Below are positions 47,159-55,616 of a DNA stretch of 64,000 nt, piece after piece. Origin of the DNA: Deltaproteobacteria bacterium. Lineage in GTDB: Bacteria > Desulfobacterota > GWC2-55-46. The notes under the pieces are model-generated. The model did not search any database and was not told where the DNA came from. It was given only the letters and a program-made list of their open reading frames with translations. The DNA lies in contig JACPGB010000016.1 in assembly GCA_016182655.1 (NCBI GenBank), positions 3,224 to 67,223 of the forward strand, in the 5' to 3' direction. The translations under genes and the position numbers were made by a program. The stretch's first letter is position 1. Every line of letters starts with the position of its first letter.

Positions 47159-48385
47159 TCAGGGCGTCTGGCCCGTAAGGCTTCTTTTGGCGGAAACGCG
47201 GTCCTCCGCCAAAAAACACCCTATCGCTTCAGCTACCTTCCTGACTTGACCCTCCGAAAGCCCCGGGAACATGGGGAGAGAGAGCCCTTCCTTTGCGGAA
47301 TTTTCGGCTACGGGAAACGAGCCGGCCTTGTACCCGAGCTTCGTATACGCCTTCTGGAGATGGAGGGGCAGGGGGTAGTGGAGCCCTGTTGCGATGCCGG
47401 CATCAGAGAGATGTAGCTTGAGCGCGTCCCGTGACTTTGAGCGTATGACGTAAAGGTGATAGACGGATTCGGACCACTCAGGCTCGAAAGGAACGGTAAT
47501 GCCGTCGATGCCGCTTAAAAGGCTGTTGTAAAGAGAGGCGACGGACCTCCTCTGCCGGTTCCATTCCGGGAGGCGCTTGAGCTTGATGCTCAGGATCGCG
47601 GCCTGTATGGCGTCGAGCCTGCCGTTACAGCCTTCCAACTCGTGGAAGTACTTCTCCCTCTGCCCGTGGTCGCGTATCATCCGGGCCTTTTTCGCCAGAT
47701 CCGCGTTCGAGGTCGTTATTGCTCCGGCCTCTCCGCAGGCCCCGAGGTTTTTGCCCGGATAGAAGCTGAAGGCCCCGGCGAGCCCCATCGAGCCCGCGCC
47801 CATCTTCATGTCGAAACGCTTCGAGGCGTAAAGGGCGCCGTGCGCCTGGCAGGCGTCCTCGATGACTATCAGGCCGTTCTCGTCCGCGATCGCCATTATC
47901 TCGTCCATGTCGCACATCTGGCCGTAGAGGTGGACGGGTATTACGGCCGCCACGCGCCTGCCGGTCTTTTTATCGAAGAGGTGCCCGTCTACCTTGAGGC
48001 ACTCGCGCTCGACGTATCCACGGAGCGCTTGCGCGTCCATGTTCGACGTCCTCTCGTCGACGTCCACGAACGCCGGTAGAGCCCCGGCCTGGGAGATAGC
48101 CTCCGTAGTTGCTATGAAGGTGTTGGGTACGGTTATCACCAAGTCGTTCGTCGTCACGCCCGCGGCAATGAGCGCTATTTTAAGCGCGTCGGTGCCGCTG
48201 GCCACGCCGACCGCGTACTTTGAGCCGGTGAACTCGGCGAAAGCCGCCTCGAACTCATCGAGCGCCTCTCCGCCTATGAACGCGGCCTTCCCGAGCGCCG
48301 CCCTTATCGCCTCGATTATCTCTCCCTCAAGCTCCCTGTGCTGGCCTATGAGGTCGAGAAACGGGATCATTGCTCCGTTATTCAT
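47159..48385 (-). CDS. DegT/DnrJ/EryC1/StrS-family PLP-dependent sugar aminotransferase (WbpE-like)
   Basis: AVGVASGTDALKIAL...ITVPNTFIATTEAI... and conserved Lys region of the family. Confidence 0.85.
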   Translation of the reverse strand: MNNGAMIPFLDLIGQHRELEGEIIEAIRAALGKAAFIGGEALDEFEAAFAEFTGSKYAVGVASGTDALKIALIAAGVTTNDLVITVPNTFIATTEAISQAGALPAFVDVDERTSNMDAQALRGYVERECLKVDGHLFDKKTGRRVAAVIPVHLYGQMCDMDEIMAIADENGLIVIEDACQAHGALYASKRFDMKMGAGSMGLAGAFSFYPGKNLGACGEAGAITTSNADLAKKARMIRDHGQREKYFHELEGCNGRLDAIQAAILSIKLKRLPEWNRQRRSVASLYNSLLSGIDGITVPFEPEWSESVYHLYVIRSKSRDALKLHLSDAGIATGLHYPLPLHLQKAYTKLGYKAGSFPVAENSAKEGLSLPMFPGLSEGQVRKVAEAIGCFLAEDRVSAKRSLTGQTP

Positions 48386-48887
48386 TGTTGACGCTCCTTA
48401 TGACCTTCGCCGGGTTCCCGGCTACTATCGTCCCCGGAGGGACGTCTTTCGTCACGATCGAGCCCGCGCCTATTATGGAGCTCTCGCCAATGGTGACGTT
48501 CGCGAGAATCGTAGCCCCCGACCCTATCGACGCGCCTTTTTTGACGAGCGTGGGCTCTACGGTCCAGTCGGCTTCGGTCTGCATCCCGCCGCCCCTTGTC
48601 GTCGCCCTCGGATAAGTGTCGTTTATAAAGGTGACGCCGTGGCCGATAAAGACCTCGTCCTCGATGTTCACGCCCTCGCATATGAACGAATGACTCTGTA
48701 TCTTGCAGTCGCACCCGACGACGGCGTTCTTCTGGATCTCGACGAAAGCGCCTATCTTCGTCCTCGCCCCGATGGTGCAACCGTAGAGGTTCACGAAGTT
48801 CCCGAGCCTGACGTTCTCTCCGAGCTTGACGTCGTCGGAGACGAGCGTATACCTTTCAAGAGGCCTTTCGATGGTCGTCTCTTTCAT
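48378..48887 (-). CDS. hexapeptide-repeat (left-handed beta-helix) sugar N-acetyltransferase (WbpD-like)
   Basis: Repeated [LIV]G-x4 hexapeptides (VKLGENVRLGNFVNLYGCTIGARTKIGAFVEI...). Confidence 0.8.
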   Translation of the reverse strand: MKETTIERPLERYTLVSDDVKLGENVRLGNFVNLYGCTIGARTKIGAFVEIQKNAVVGCDCKIQSHSFICEGVNIEDEVFIGHGVTFINDTYPRATTRGGGMQTEADWTVEPTLVKKGASIGSGATILANVTIGESSIIGAGSIVTKDVPPGTIVAGNPAKVIRSVNNE

Positions 48888-49891
48888 ATCTCCACCATTT
48901 TGCCGTTGTTTTTAACGGATTCGTCGCACGCCTCCAGCATCCTTACGACCCTTAAGCCCGCGTGCCCGTCGTTGAAAGGCGTCTTTCCGTCCCTGACGCA
49001 TTCGATGAAGTATTGCGTCTCGTTCCGCAGAGCCTCGTTCTGGTCGACCTTCGGGGCCCACATGTCGCCGGAGCGGTAGTTGACGAGGAGGTCGTAGATG
49101 CCTTCGCTCGACGTTATCTCCACGCCCCTGTCGTAGACCTTTATCTTCTCGTCAGCGTTCACGTCGTTCCAGACGAGCATCTTTCTCTCTCCTCCGATGA
49201 GAGTGGTGCGAAGCTTAACCGGGGAAAGCCAGTTGACGTTTATGTGCGCTATGACGTTCCTCTCGAAGTAGACCATTATGTAGGCGATGTCTTCCCGGGA
49301 GTTTATGTGGGCGCGGCCGGTGGCCGCGACGGCGAGCGGTTTGAGCCTTATGAGGTAGTCCATTATAGAGAAGTCGTGCGGGGCGAGGTCCCATATGACG
49401 TTCACGTCGTGCTGGAAGAGCCCCAGGTTCACGCGCGTGGAGTCGTAGTAATAAAGGTCGCCGAGGACGTTCCCGTCGATTATCTCCCTTATCTTCCTGA
49501 CGGCGCTCGTAAAGAGGAACGTGTGGTCGACCATTATCCGGAGGTTTTTCTTCTCGGCGAGCTCTATGAGCTCCTCTGCCTGGGCGGCGGTCGAGGTGAA
49601 CGGCTTTTCCACGAAAACGTGCTTGCCGTTCAGAAGCGCCTCTTTCGCGATAGCGTAGTGCGTCGAGACGGGAGTGATGACGGTGACTATGTCTATTTCC
49701 GGGGACGCCGTGATGTCGCGGCTCTCTTCGGTCACTGTGAGGCCCGGGTAGTTCTTTCTCGCGCGTGCGAGGGACGACGCGCTCCTGTCGCATATGGCGG
49801 TCACGCAAGCGCCCTCGGCGAACCCGAAGTTCCTGACTATGTTAGGCCCCCAGTACCCGTACCCTATTACGCCGATCCGTAGCATGCTCAC
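48884..49891 (-). CDS. Gfo/Idh/MocA-family NAD-dependent sugar oxidoreductase (WbpB-like)
   Basis: LRIGVIGYGYWGPNIVRNF Rossmann N-terminus and EKP motif (VFVEKPF). Confidence 0.8.
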   Translation of the reverse strand: MSMLRIGVIGYGYWGPNIVRNFGFAEGACVTAICDRSASSLARARKNYPGLTVTEESRDITASPEIDIVTVITPVSTHYAIAKEALLNGKHVFVEKPFTSTAAQAEELIELAEKKNLRIMVDHTFLFTSAVRKIREIIDGNVLGDLYYYDSTRVNLGLFQHDVNVIWDLAPHDFSIMDYLIRLKPLAVAATGRAHINSREDIAYIMVYFERNVIAHINVNWLSPVKLRTTLIGGERKMLVWNDVNADEKIKVYDRGVEITSSEGIYDLLVNYRSGDMWAPKVDQNEALRNETQYFIECVRDGKTPFNDGHAGLRVVRMLEACDESVKNNGKMVEI

Positions 49892-49903
49892 CCCTTTTTT
49901 TGT

Positions 49904-51046
49904 TCAATACGCGCCGCGGCTCGTGATAAGAGCCCACGGGGTCTTTACGATGAGTTTGATATCGAACCACAGGCTCTTCTCCTGAAGATACCGGATGTCC
50001 ATCCGCACCATCTCGTTGAAAGTCGTCCTTGAGCGGCCCTCCACCTGCCAGAGGCCGGTTATTCCAGGCTTGGGCTCAAGGTATCGCCTCCTGTGCCAGC
50101 TGTCGTAGCTTTCAAGCTCGTACGGGATGGGGGGGCGCGGGCCGACGAGCGACATGTCGCCCTTGAGCACGTTGATGAACTGCGGCAGTTCGTCGAGGCT
50201 CGTCTTCCGGAGCAACCTCCCGATCCGCGTTATCCTCGGGTCGTCCATTATCTTGTATACGCCCGGAGAGCCCTTGTACGCCTTCTCCTCGAGGATGAGT
50301 TTCCTTACGTACTCCATATGGACCTTCTCGTCGTTGCCGATGTGCATGGAGCGGAACTTGAGGAACGTGAACGGGCGGCCGAGCCTGCCGATCCTCTTTT
50401 GCCTGAAGAGCACCGGCCCTTTGGACGAGAGCCTTATGAGGAGCGGAATAAGGATAAAAAACGGGGAAAACAGCAGGATCGCGAAAAGCGCCCCGATGAC
50501 GTCGATCACTCTTTTAAACGCGAGATACACCCTTGACGGGGTCTTTTTTTTTTCAAGCTCCGGGTAGAGCGTAAGGTCTATGGCGTCGGCCTTTTCCTCC
50601 GGGAAGATATGGAACGTCACGAGGGCGTTCCTTTCGGGGCCGGACCCTTCGGGTGAGACGGCCTCCCTGACGGCGCGCTCGACCTTGTCTTTAAGCGCGG
50701 GTTCGTCGCATGCGCCGATGCCGGTGAAGATGACCCCGAGGAGCATGTTGTGCCTGTACCAGCCGATTGCGTCGGTCTCGCGGACCGAGGCCTTAAGGGC
50801 ATGCGCGGCCGAGCGCACGGCGTCCTTCGCCCCCGCTCCGTAATGCAGCCCGCTGACGTCGACGAGGGCGAGCGCGAACGGCTTTTTCGACCTCTCGGAG
50901 CGCCTTCTTTCGATGTATATCATCTCGTGGAAGAAGTCCTCTATCAGCACCCCGTTTTCGGTGTCGGAGAGAAAGTCCGTGCATGCGAACCTGTAAAGGT
51001 TCCTCTTGAAAACTCCACGCGCGCCCTGAAGCCATGAATTACGCAT
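49904..51046 (-). CDS. priming sugar transferase (bacterial sugar transferase/polyprenyl-phosphate glycosyl-1-phosphate transferase domain)
   Basis: C-terminal Bac_transf domain (KRVIDVIGALFAILLFSPFFILIPLLIRL...PFTFLKFRSM...DELPQFINVLKGDMSLVGPRP); contains an in-frame A10 tract (KKK). Confidence 0.8.
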   Translation of the reverse strand: MRNSWLQGARGVFKRNLYRFACTDFLSDTENGVLIEDFFHEMIYIERRRSERSKKPFALALVDVSGLHYGAGAKDAVRSAAHALKASVRETDAIGWYRHNMLLGVIFTGIGACDEPALKDKVERAVREAVSPEGSGPERNALVTFHIFPEEKADAIDLTLYPELEKKKTPSRVYLAFKRVIDVIGALFAILLFSPFFILIPLLIRLSSKGPVLFRQKRIGRLGRPFTFLKFRSMHIGNDEKVHMEYVRKLILEEKAYKGSPGVYKIMDDPRITRIGRLLRKTSLDELPQFINVLKGDMSLVGPRPPIPYELESYDSWHRRRYLEPKPGITGLWQVEGRSRTTFNEMVRMDIRYLQEKSLWFDIKLIVKTPWALITSRGAY

Positions 51047-51161
51047 AGGAGGCCCCCTTTGTTCCGGTGAAAGGCTTGCTACCCCCCGGGCAGGCTACCG
51101 CCGTTCGAGTGTCCATGGCACCCGCCGGATAAAAAATATCGGAAACTGGCAAGCCTTAAGG

Positions 51162-51653
51162 TTAAAAGGAGCGCTGGAGCAGGCTCCCGTCCACTACCAT
51201 CCTGATGTTCATAGACTTTAAAAGAACGCTTACGCGCTCCATGCCGTTCAACTCTTTCTCGAATACCGCCGAGAGCCCCTCGAAGGGCCCGGCGAGGATT
51301 GTGACCTCCTCGCCGGGCCTGAAGGCGGGCTTTACGCTTATGACGCCGTTGTCCATCCTGGCCGTGATGGACTCTATGATCCTCTCGTCGACCTCAGCGG
51401 GCCCGCTGTCGTTGCCAAGGACCCGCTTTATCCCGCGCGTGTACCTGATGAGGTGATAATCGCGGTGCTTGTCGAAGCTCACAAAAAGGTAGCAGGGGAA
51501 GAGCGGGGAAGTGACCTCCGAGATCCGGCCCCTTGAAAACTTGCGCTCGGATATCTTCGCGTTAAGCGTCTGAAAACCGGCGTCCGAGAGCCTGCCGGAG
51601 ACCATCTCCTCGTGTTTCGGTTTCGTGTATACGAGGAACCAACTCCTCATCAA
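51162..51653 (-). CDS. NusG paralog (NGN + KOW) operon-specific transcription antiterminator, UpxY/RfaH-like
   Basis: WFLVYTKPKHEEMVSGRLSDAGFQT NGN-domain start and C-terminal KOW-like segment (GEEVTILAGPFEGLSAVF). Confidence 0.75.
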   Translation of the reverse strand: MMRSWFLVYTKPKHEEMVSGRLSDAGFQTLNAKISERKFSRGRISEVTSPLFPCYLFVSFDKHRDYHLIRYTRGIKRVLGNDSGPAEVDERIIESITARMDNGVISVKPAFRPGEEVTILAGPFEGLSAVFEKELNGMERVSVLLKSMNIRMVVDGSLLQRSF

Positions 51654-51740
51654 TGCCTCCGGTAAAATAAGAAAAATACGGATCGCGCCGCTATTCGGCC
51701 GTTATCGGATTATCGCGCTCGTGTGGTCTTTTTGTCCGGC

Positions 51741-52043
51741 TTACAGGGGATGCAGGGCCAGGAGCGAGCCTGCCGGCACGGCGCTCGCGCGGGCTGAAAG
51801 CGCGGCCGCTCCGGTCCCTGACGGGCATCCGCGCCTCTTGAGGCCGGGTATGCCGGAACCGGCCATGGCAACGATGGCGGAGGCGAGGACTATGAGACGG
51901 TAATAGCGGGTCTTGTCGAAGTCCGCGAGAAGAACGCCCGCGACGAGCGAGACCGCGAGCGCGCACATGGATGAGAGCGCGAGTGTTTCGGAGATCGTCT
52001 CCAGCGAGGGGGTCGAAATGCCTCTAAGGCTACTGCTTGTCAT
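51741..52043 (-). CDS. hypothetical small (100 aa) two-TM membrane protein
   Basis: Good RBS (aaggagcggccATG), GC3-biased codons, two hydrophobic helices; no family recognised. Confidence 0.35.
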   Translation of the reverse strand: MTSSSLRGISTPSLETISETLALSSMCALAVSLVAGVLLADFDKTRYYRLIVLASAIVAMAGSGIPGLKRRGCPSGTGAAALSARASAVPAGSLLALHPL

Positions 52044-52070
52044 GGCCGCTCCTTTGCGTATGCCTGCAGG

Positions 52071-53084
52071 CTAATAGTAGTACTTGTTCATGTGTATGCT
52101 GTCCGCGCAGTTGAGCACTATGCCGAGGAGGTTGTCTTTCGGGAGCGACCGCACGGCCTTCTTCACGATGTCCTTGGGTGTCGCGCCCGCCTTCACGACA
52201 AGGAGCATCCCGTCCACGCACTTCGAGAGAATGCTTACGTCGACGAGCGGGAAGATCGGGGGCGAGTCGACTATCACGTAGTCGAAGTCCTCCTTGGATC
52301 TTGAGAGGACCGACCTCATGCCGGGCGAGTCGAGCAGGAGCGACGAGTTTTTTACGCTGCACCTTGCCGGGAGGAAGTGGAGGTTAGTGTCCTCGAGCCT
52401 GTTTATCGCCGACCTTATGTCGGCGTCGCCCTTGAGCACGTCGATGAGCCCGTGGAGCCTGCCCATGTTCAGGTACTCGCTCGATATCGACGGGTTCCTG
52501 AAGTCGCTCTCTATTACGAGGACTTTTTTCTTGAACTCGGTCGCCATGATAAAGGCGAGGTTCATGGCCGTCGTCGTCTTGCCCTCTCCCTTGACCGCGC
52601 TCGTGACGGCGATGGATTTTACCGACCCCTTGAGGCAGATCTGCTCGAGCCTGTTGAAGAGTATCCTGAACTTCTCGGTCGCCATCTGGTCCTGCTCGGC
52701 CACGCTCAACGCTCGCCTGAGCGTGATCCTGTCCTTGAAGGCGTCCACCTCCGAGTACTCCTCGAAGGCGTCCCTTCCGGCGTTGATGGAGCCCGAGTCC
52801 CATTCCCTCGACGGCGCGGTCCTCTCTTTCCTCAGGCTCTCGTCATAGCTCTTTCTTTTCGCAGGGTCCGAGAGAGTGTTGTAGATGTCCGAGAGCTCCA
52901 GGAGCTTCTGTTTTCTTTCCTCTCCGGAGTAGAGGGAGTAGAGCGCAACGGATTCGTCCGAGTATACGGACTTGGCCTTTCGGTACGCGCGCTCTATCTC
53001 GTCCGTCGTCGCGTCCTGCCTGACTTCGAACGTCTCGTAGTAGCTTCTTACGCCGTTGTTCGCCGTCGCCTTTTCCTTTTTCAC
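52071..53084 (-). CDS. BY-kinase-like P-loop ATPase (CpsD/EpsG-type) fused to an N-terminal J-like domain lacking HPD
   Basis: N-terminal J-domain-like helices (YYETFEVRQDATTDEIERAYRKAKSVYSDES...LSDPAKRKSYDE) with HPD replaced by SDE; Walker A AVTSAVKGEGKTTTAMNLA, Walker B VIVDSPP; C-terminal Tyr cluster ...MNKYYY. Confidence 0.7.
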   Translation of the reverse strand: MKKEKATANNGVRSYYETFEVRQDATTDEIERAYRKAKSVYSDESVALYSLYSGEERKQKLLELSDIYNTLSDPAKRKSYDESLRKERTAPSREWDSGSINAGRDAFEEYSEVDAFKDRITLRRALSVAEQDQMATEKFRILFNRLEQICLKGSVKSIAVTSAVKGEGKTTTAMNLAFIMATEFKKKVLVIESDFRNPSISSEYLNMGRLHGLIDVLKGDADIRSAINRLEDTNLHFLPARCSVKNSSLLLDSPGMRSVLSRSKEDFDYVIVDSPPIFPLVDVSILSKCVDGMLLVVKAGATPKDIVKKAVRSLPKDNLLGIVLNCADSIHMNKYYY

Positions 53085-54127
53085 TGTAGCGCCCCCGCGG
53101 GCTCACGTGACACGCCCTTTTTAAGTATTTCGTTCAGGCACGACTCTATGGACCTCGCCGCCCTGGTCTCCGGGTAGTGGACGAGGAGGGGGCGGCGGAG
53201 CCTGATCGATTCCGCGACCGACTCCTCGTATCCGATGGAGCCGAGATAGCAGATGTTGACGCCGAAGTAATCCGAGCAGGCCCTTCTTATTGAGTTTCCT
53301 ATCTCTCCGTCCTCGGGTCTGCGCGCCTGGTTGACTATCATCGAGATATTGGTCGCCCCTATGTACTCGCGGAGCATCGAGCCCTGGGATGAGTCCAGCT
53401 GTTCGAGAGAGCCGAGTATGTCGGATACGGTCTTCACCCGCTGAGTCCATTTTTCGCTGAATATCCTCTGGAGCATGTCCTTCAACTGCCCGTCCTCCTG
53501 CTGGTCGGCCACGGTCTTGATCTTCCGGAGGAACAGGCACTTCAGATACCTGTAGTTGTTCTCTATGGCTGTCGGCTCCGGGGTCGAGAGTATTATCCCC
53601 TCGCTCGCCATGAGGAATATGTCGAGGAGGTTGGACGAGGTGCCGGGCCCGATGTCGAGTATGATGTTGTCGTACTCGAGATTCCTTAGCGCTTCCTTGA
53701 GGCGCGCCACCTTTGCGGTCGAGATGTCGGCTATGTCGAGAGAGTCCTTTGCGCCGCTTATGAGGTCGAGCCCCGGGACGGACGTCTTGACCACGAGAGA
53801 ACGGATGTCGGAGACCTCCTCCTTTAAAAAGCTCGAGAGAGCGAGCCTGCCTCCGTCGACCCCGAGGAAGGTATGGAGGTTGGCGGCGCCGAGGTCCGCG
53901 TCTACGAGGAGCACGTCCTTGCCCTGCTTCGCGAGCAGTATGCCGAGATTCGAGGCTATGAGGCTTTTCCCGACGCCGCCCTTGCCGCCGCCCACGGCCC
54001 ATATCGCGGGCCCGTAGAAGCTTACATGGGGGAGGGGCTTGAAACTGTACGTCTTGCCCGCCGCTTCGGCGTCGAGCTCCCTGTCCCTGAAGAGCTTCTT
54101 TATCCAGTCGAAGTTGAACACGGTCAT
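53081..54127 (-). CDS. MinD/ParA-family P-loop ATPase
   Basis: Deviant Walker A GGGKGGVGKS, downstream ParA/MinD-type motifs (VLLVDADLGAANL, ILDIGPG). Confidence 0.75.
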   Translation of the reverse strand: MTVFNFDWIKKLFRDRELDAEAAGKTYSFKPLPHVSFYGPAIWAVGGGKGGVGKSLIASNLGILLAKQGKDVLLVDADLGAANLHTFLGVDGGRLALSSFLKEEVSDIRSLVVKTSVPGLDLISGAKDSLDIADISTAKVARLKEALRNLEYDNIILDIGPGTSSNLLDIFLMASEGIILSTPEPTAIENNYRYLKCLFLRKIKTVADQQEDGQLKDMLQRIFSEKWTQRVKTVSDILGSLEQLDSSQGSMLREYIGATNISMIVNQARRPEDGEIGNSIRRACSDYFGVNICYLGSIGYEESVAESIRLRRPLLVHYPETRAARSIESCLNEILKKGVSREPAGALQ

Positions 54128-55614
54128 TTCCTCCCGTGTATCACGGTAAGCTTCGGCTCGGGCTTTCTCTCGCCGGGATCGATGATCGGTATGGAGGTCA
54201 GCACGGGCTCCTTGAATACACCGTCGAAGTCCTCGGGCCTCCTGAATGCGGGGTTCACGAACTCGAAGAGGAATACGAGGGCCGCGCCCGCCGCCGCCCC
54301 GCCGAAGACGCCGAGGAAGACCACGAGGGGCTTGTTCGGCAATTCCGGAGACTCAGGCATGTTCGCCGGGTCTATGACCCTGAACCGCGCGCCCTTCTGC
54401 CTCTTCTCGAGGTTCTCGGCCAGGCGAGCGTTCATCTTTTTCTCAAGGAGCCCCTGATAGTTCTGGAGCGAGGAGTTGTAGTCGCGCAGCAGATCCCTTT
54501 GCCTCTGCTCGCTCGTCGGGGTCACCTCGACCCTCTTCTCGAAATCGCCCATCTGTTTTCTTATCTGGGCCTCCCTTTGCCTGAAATTCGCGAGCTGGGA
54601 CTTTACAGCCACGAGGTCGGCCGATACCGCCGGCCTCGCCACCTCTCCGGGCTTCTCCTCGGTCTTTGCCTGGCCCTCTATCTCCCTTATCCGCCTTTTG
54701 AGTATCATGACGTCGGGATAGGTCTCCTTGTACATGGAGAGCATTATCGAGAGCTCGCCACGGAGCTTTTCGAGCTCGGTCTGGACCTGCGGGGTTGCGG
54801 CCGGGTTTTTCCTCAACTCCGCCTCGAGGAAGGCCTTCCTGTCCTCGTTCGTCCTTATTCCGGCTGTCACGGTCTGTAGCTCGGTTTCGAGCCTGTCCAG
54901 CGTCCTTAAATTCGAGTCGAGCTGTTCGGGGAGCGTCCCCATGCTCGTTTCCTTGAAGCCCTTCAGAGCCCTTTCCTGGGCCTCGAGGTCGGCCTTGGCC
55001 TTCTCAAGCTCGTTTGAGAGGAACTCGGAAGTGCCTTCGGCGTACATCTCCCTGACCTTCAGGTTCTCCTCTATGAAGAGCGAGGCGATCTTGTTGGTCA
55101 CCTGCATCGTGGTCTCGGGGTCCCTGCCGAGATAGGTTATCGTGAAGGCGTTCCCGCCGGTCTCCTGCTGGCCCCTGGACCGCTGTTGTTCGCCGCTGAC
55201 CCTGAAGACGATGTCGCGGCGCATCTTCTCTATCACCGCGTCCTTCGCGGGCGTGTCCGCCGACTCCCCGCGCAGATACCTTACGGTCCTCTCCACGACC
55301 CCCGGGCCGTCCTCCTGGTAGAGGCCGAACTCCTTTATGACCTGCTGGAGCTTGGTCCTGCTCAAGATCTGCTGGCTTATGACGTTAAGCCTCTGCGTGA
55401 AGGGGGTCCTGTCCGACGGCATCACGTATTCTTCCGGCACCTGCTGTTCCTCTACCACTATCAGCGTGGTCGAGCTGTAATATTCGGGGAGGTAGACGCT
55501 CATGAAGATCCCGATGGCCGAGCCGATTATGAGCGGGACTGCCATGAGCCACTTCCTGTGATAGAAGACGGCGAGCTGGTCCAGAATGTTTTTTTTCGGC
55601 TCCTTCGGGTTCAT
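54124..55614 (-). CDS. polysaccharide chain-length determinant (Wzz/PCP family, PEP-CTERM-locus type)
   Basis: N- and C-terminal TM helices flanking a ~400-aa coiled-coil-rich periplasmic domain; start set at MNPKEPKK. Confidence 0.75.
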   Translation of the reverse strand: MNPKEPKKNILDQLAVFYHRKWLMAVPLIIGSAIGIFMSVYLPEYYSSTTLIVVEEQQVPEEYVMPSDRTPFTQRLNVISQQILSRTKLQQVIKEFGLYQEDGPGVVERTVRYLRGESADTPAKDAVIEKMRRDIVFRVSGEQQRSRGQQETGGNAFTITYLGRDPETTMQVTNKIASLFIEENLKVREMYAEGTSEFLSNELEKAKADLEAQERALKGFKETSMGTLPEQLDSNLRTLDRLETELQTVTAGIRTNEDRKAFLEAELRKNPAATPQVQTELEKLRGELSIMLSMYKETYPDVMILKRRIREIEGQAKTEEKPGEVARPAVSADLVAVKSQLANFRQREAQIRKQMGDFEKRVEVTPTSEQRQRDLLRDYNSSLQNYQGLLEKKMNARLAENLEKRQKGARFRVIDPANMPESPELPNKPLVVFLGVFGGAAAGAALVFLFEFVNPAFRRPEDFDGVFKEPVLTSIPIIDPGERKPEPKLTVIHGRK

Positions 55615-55616
55615 CG

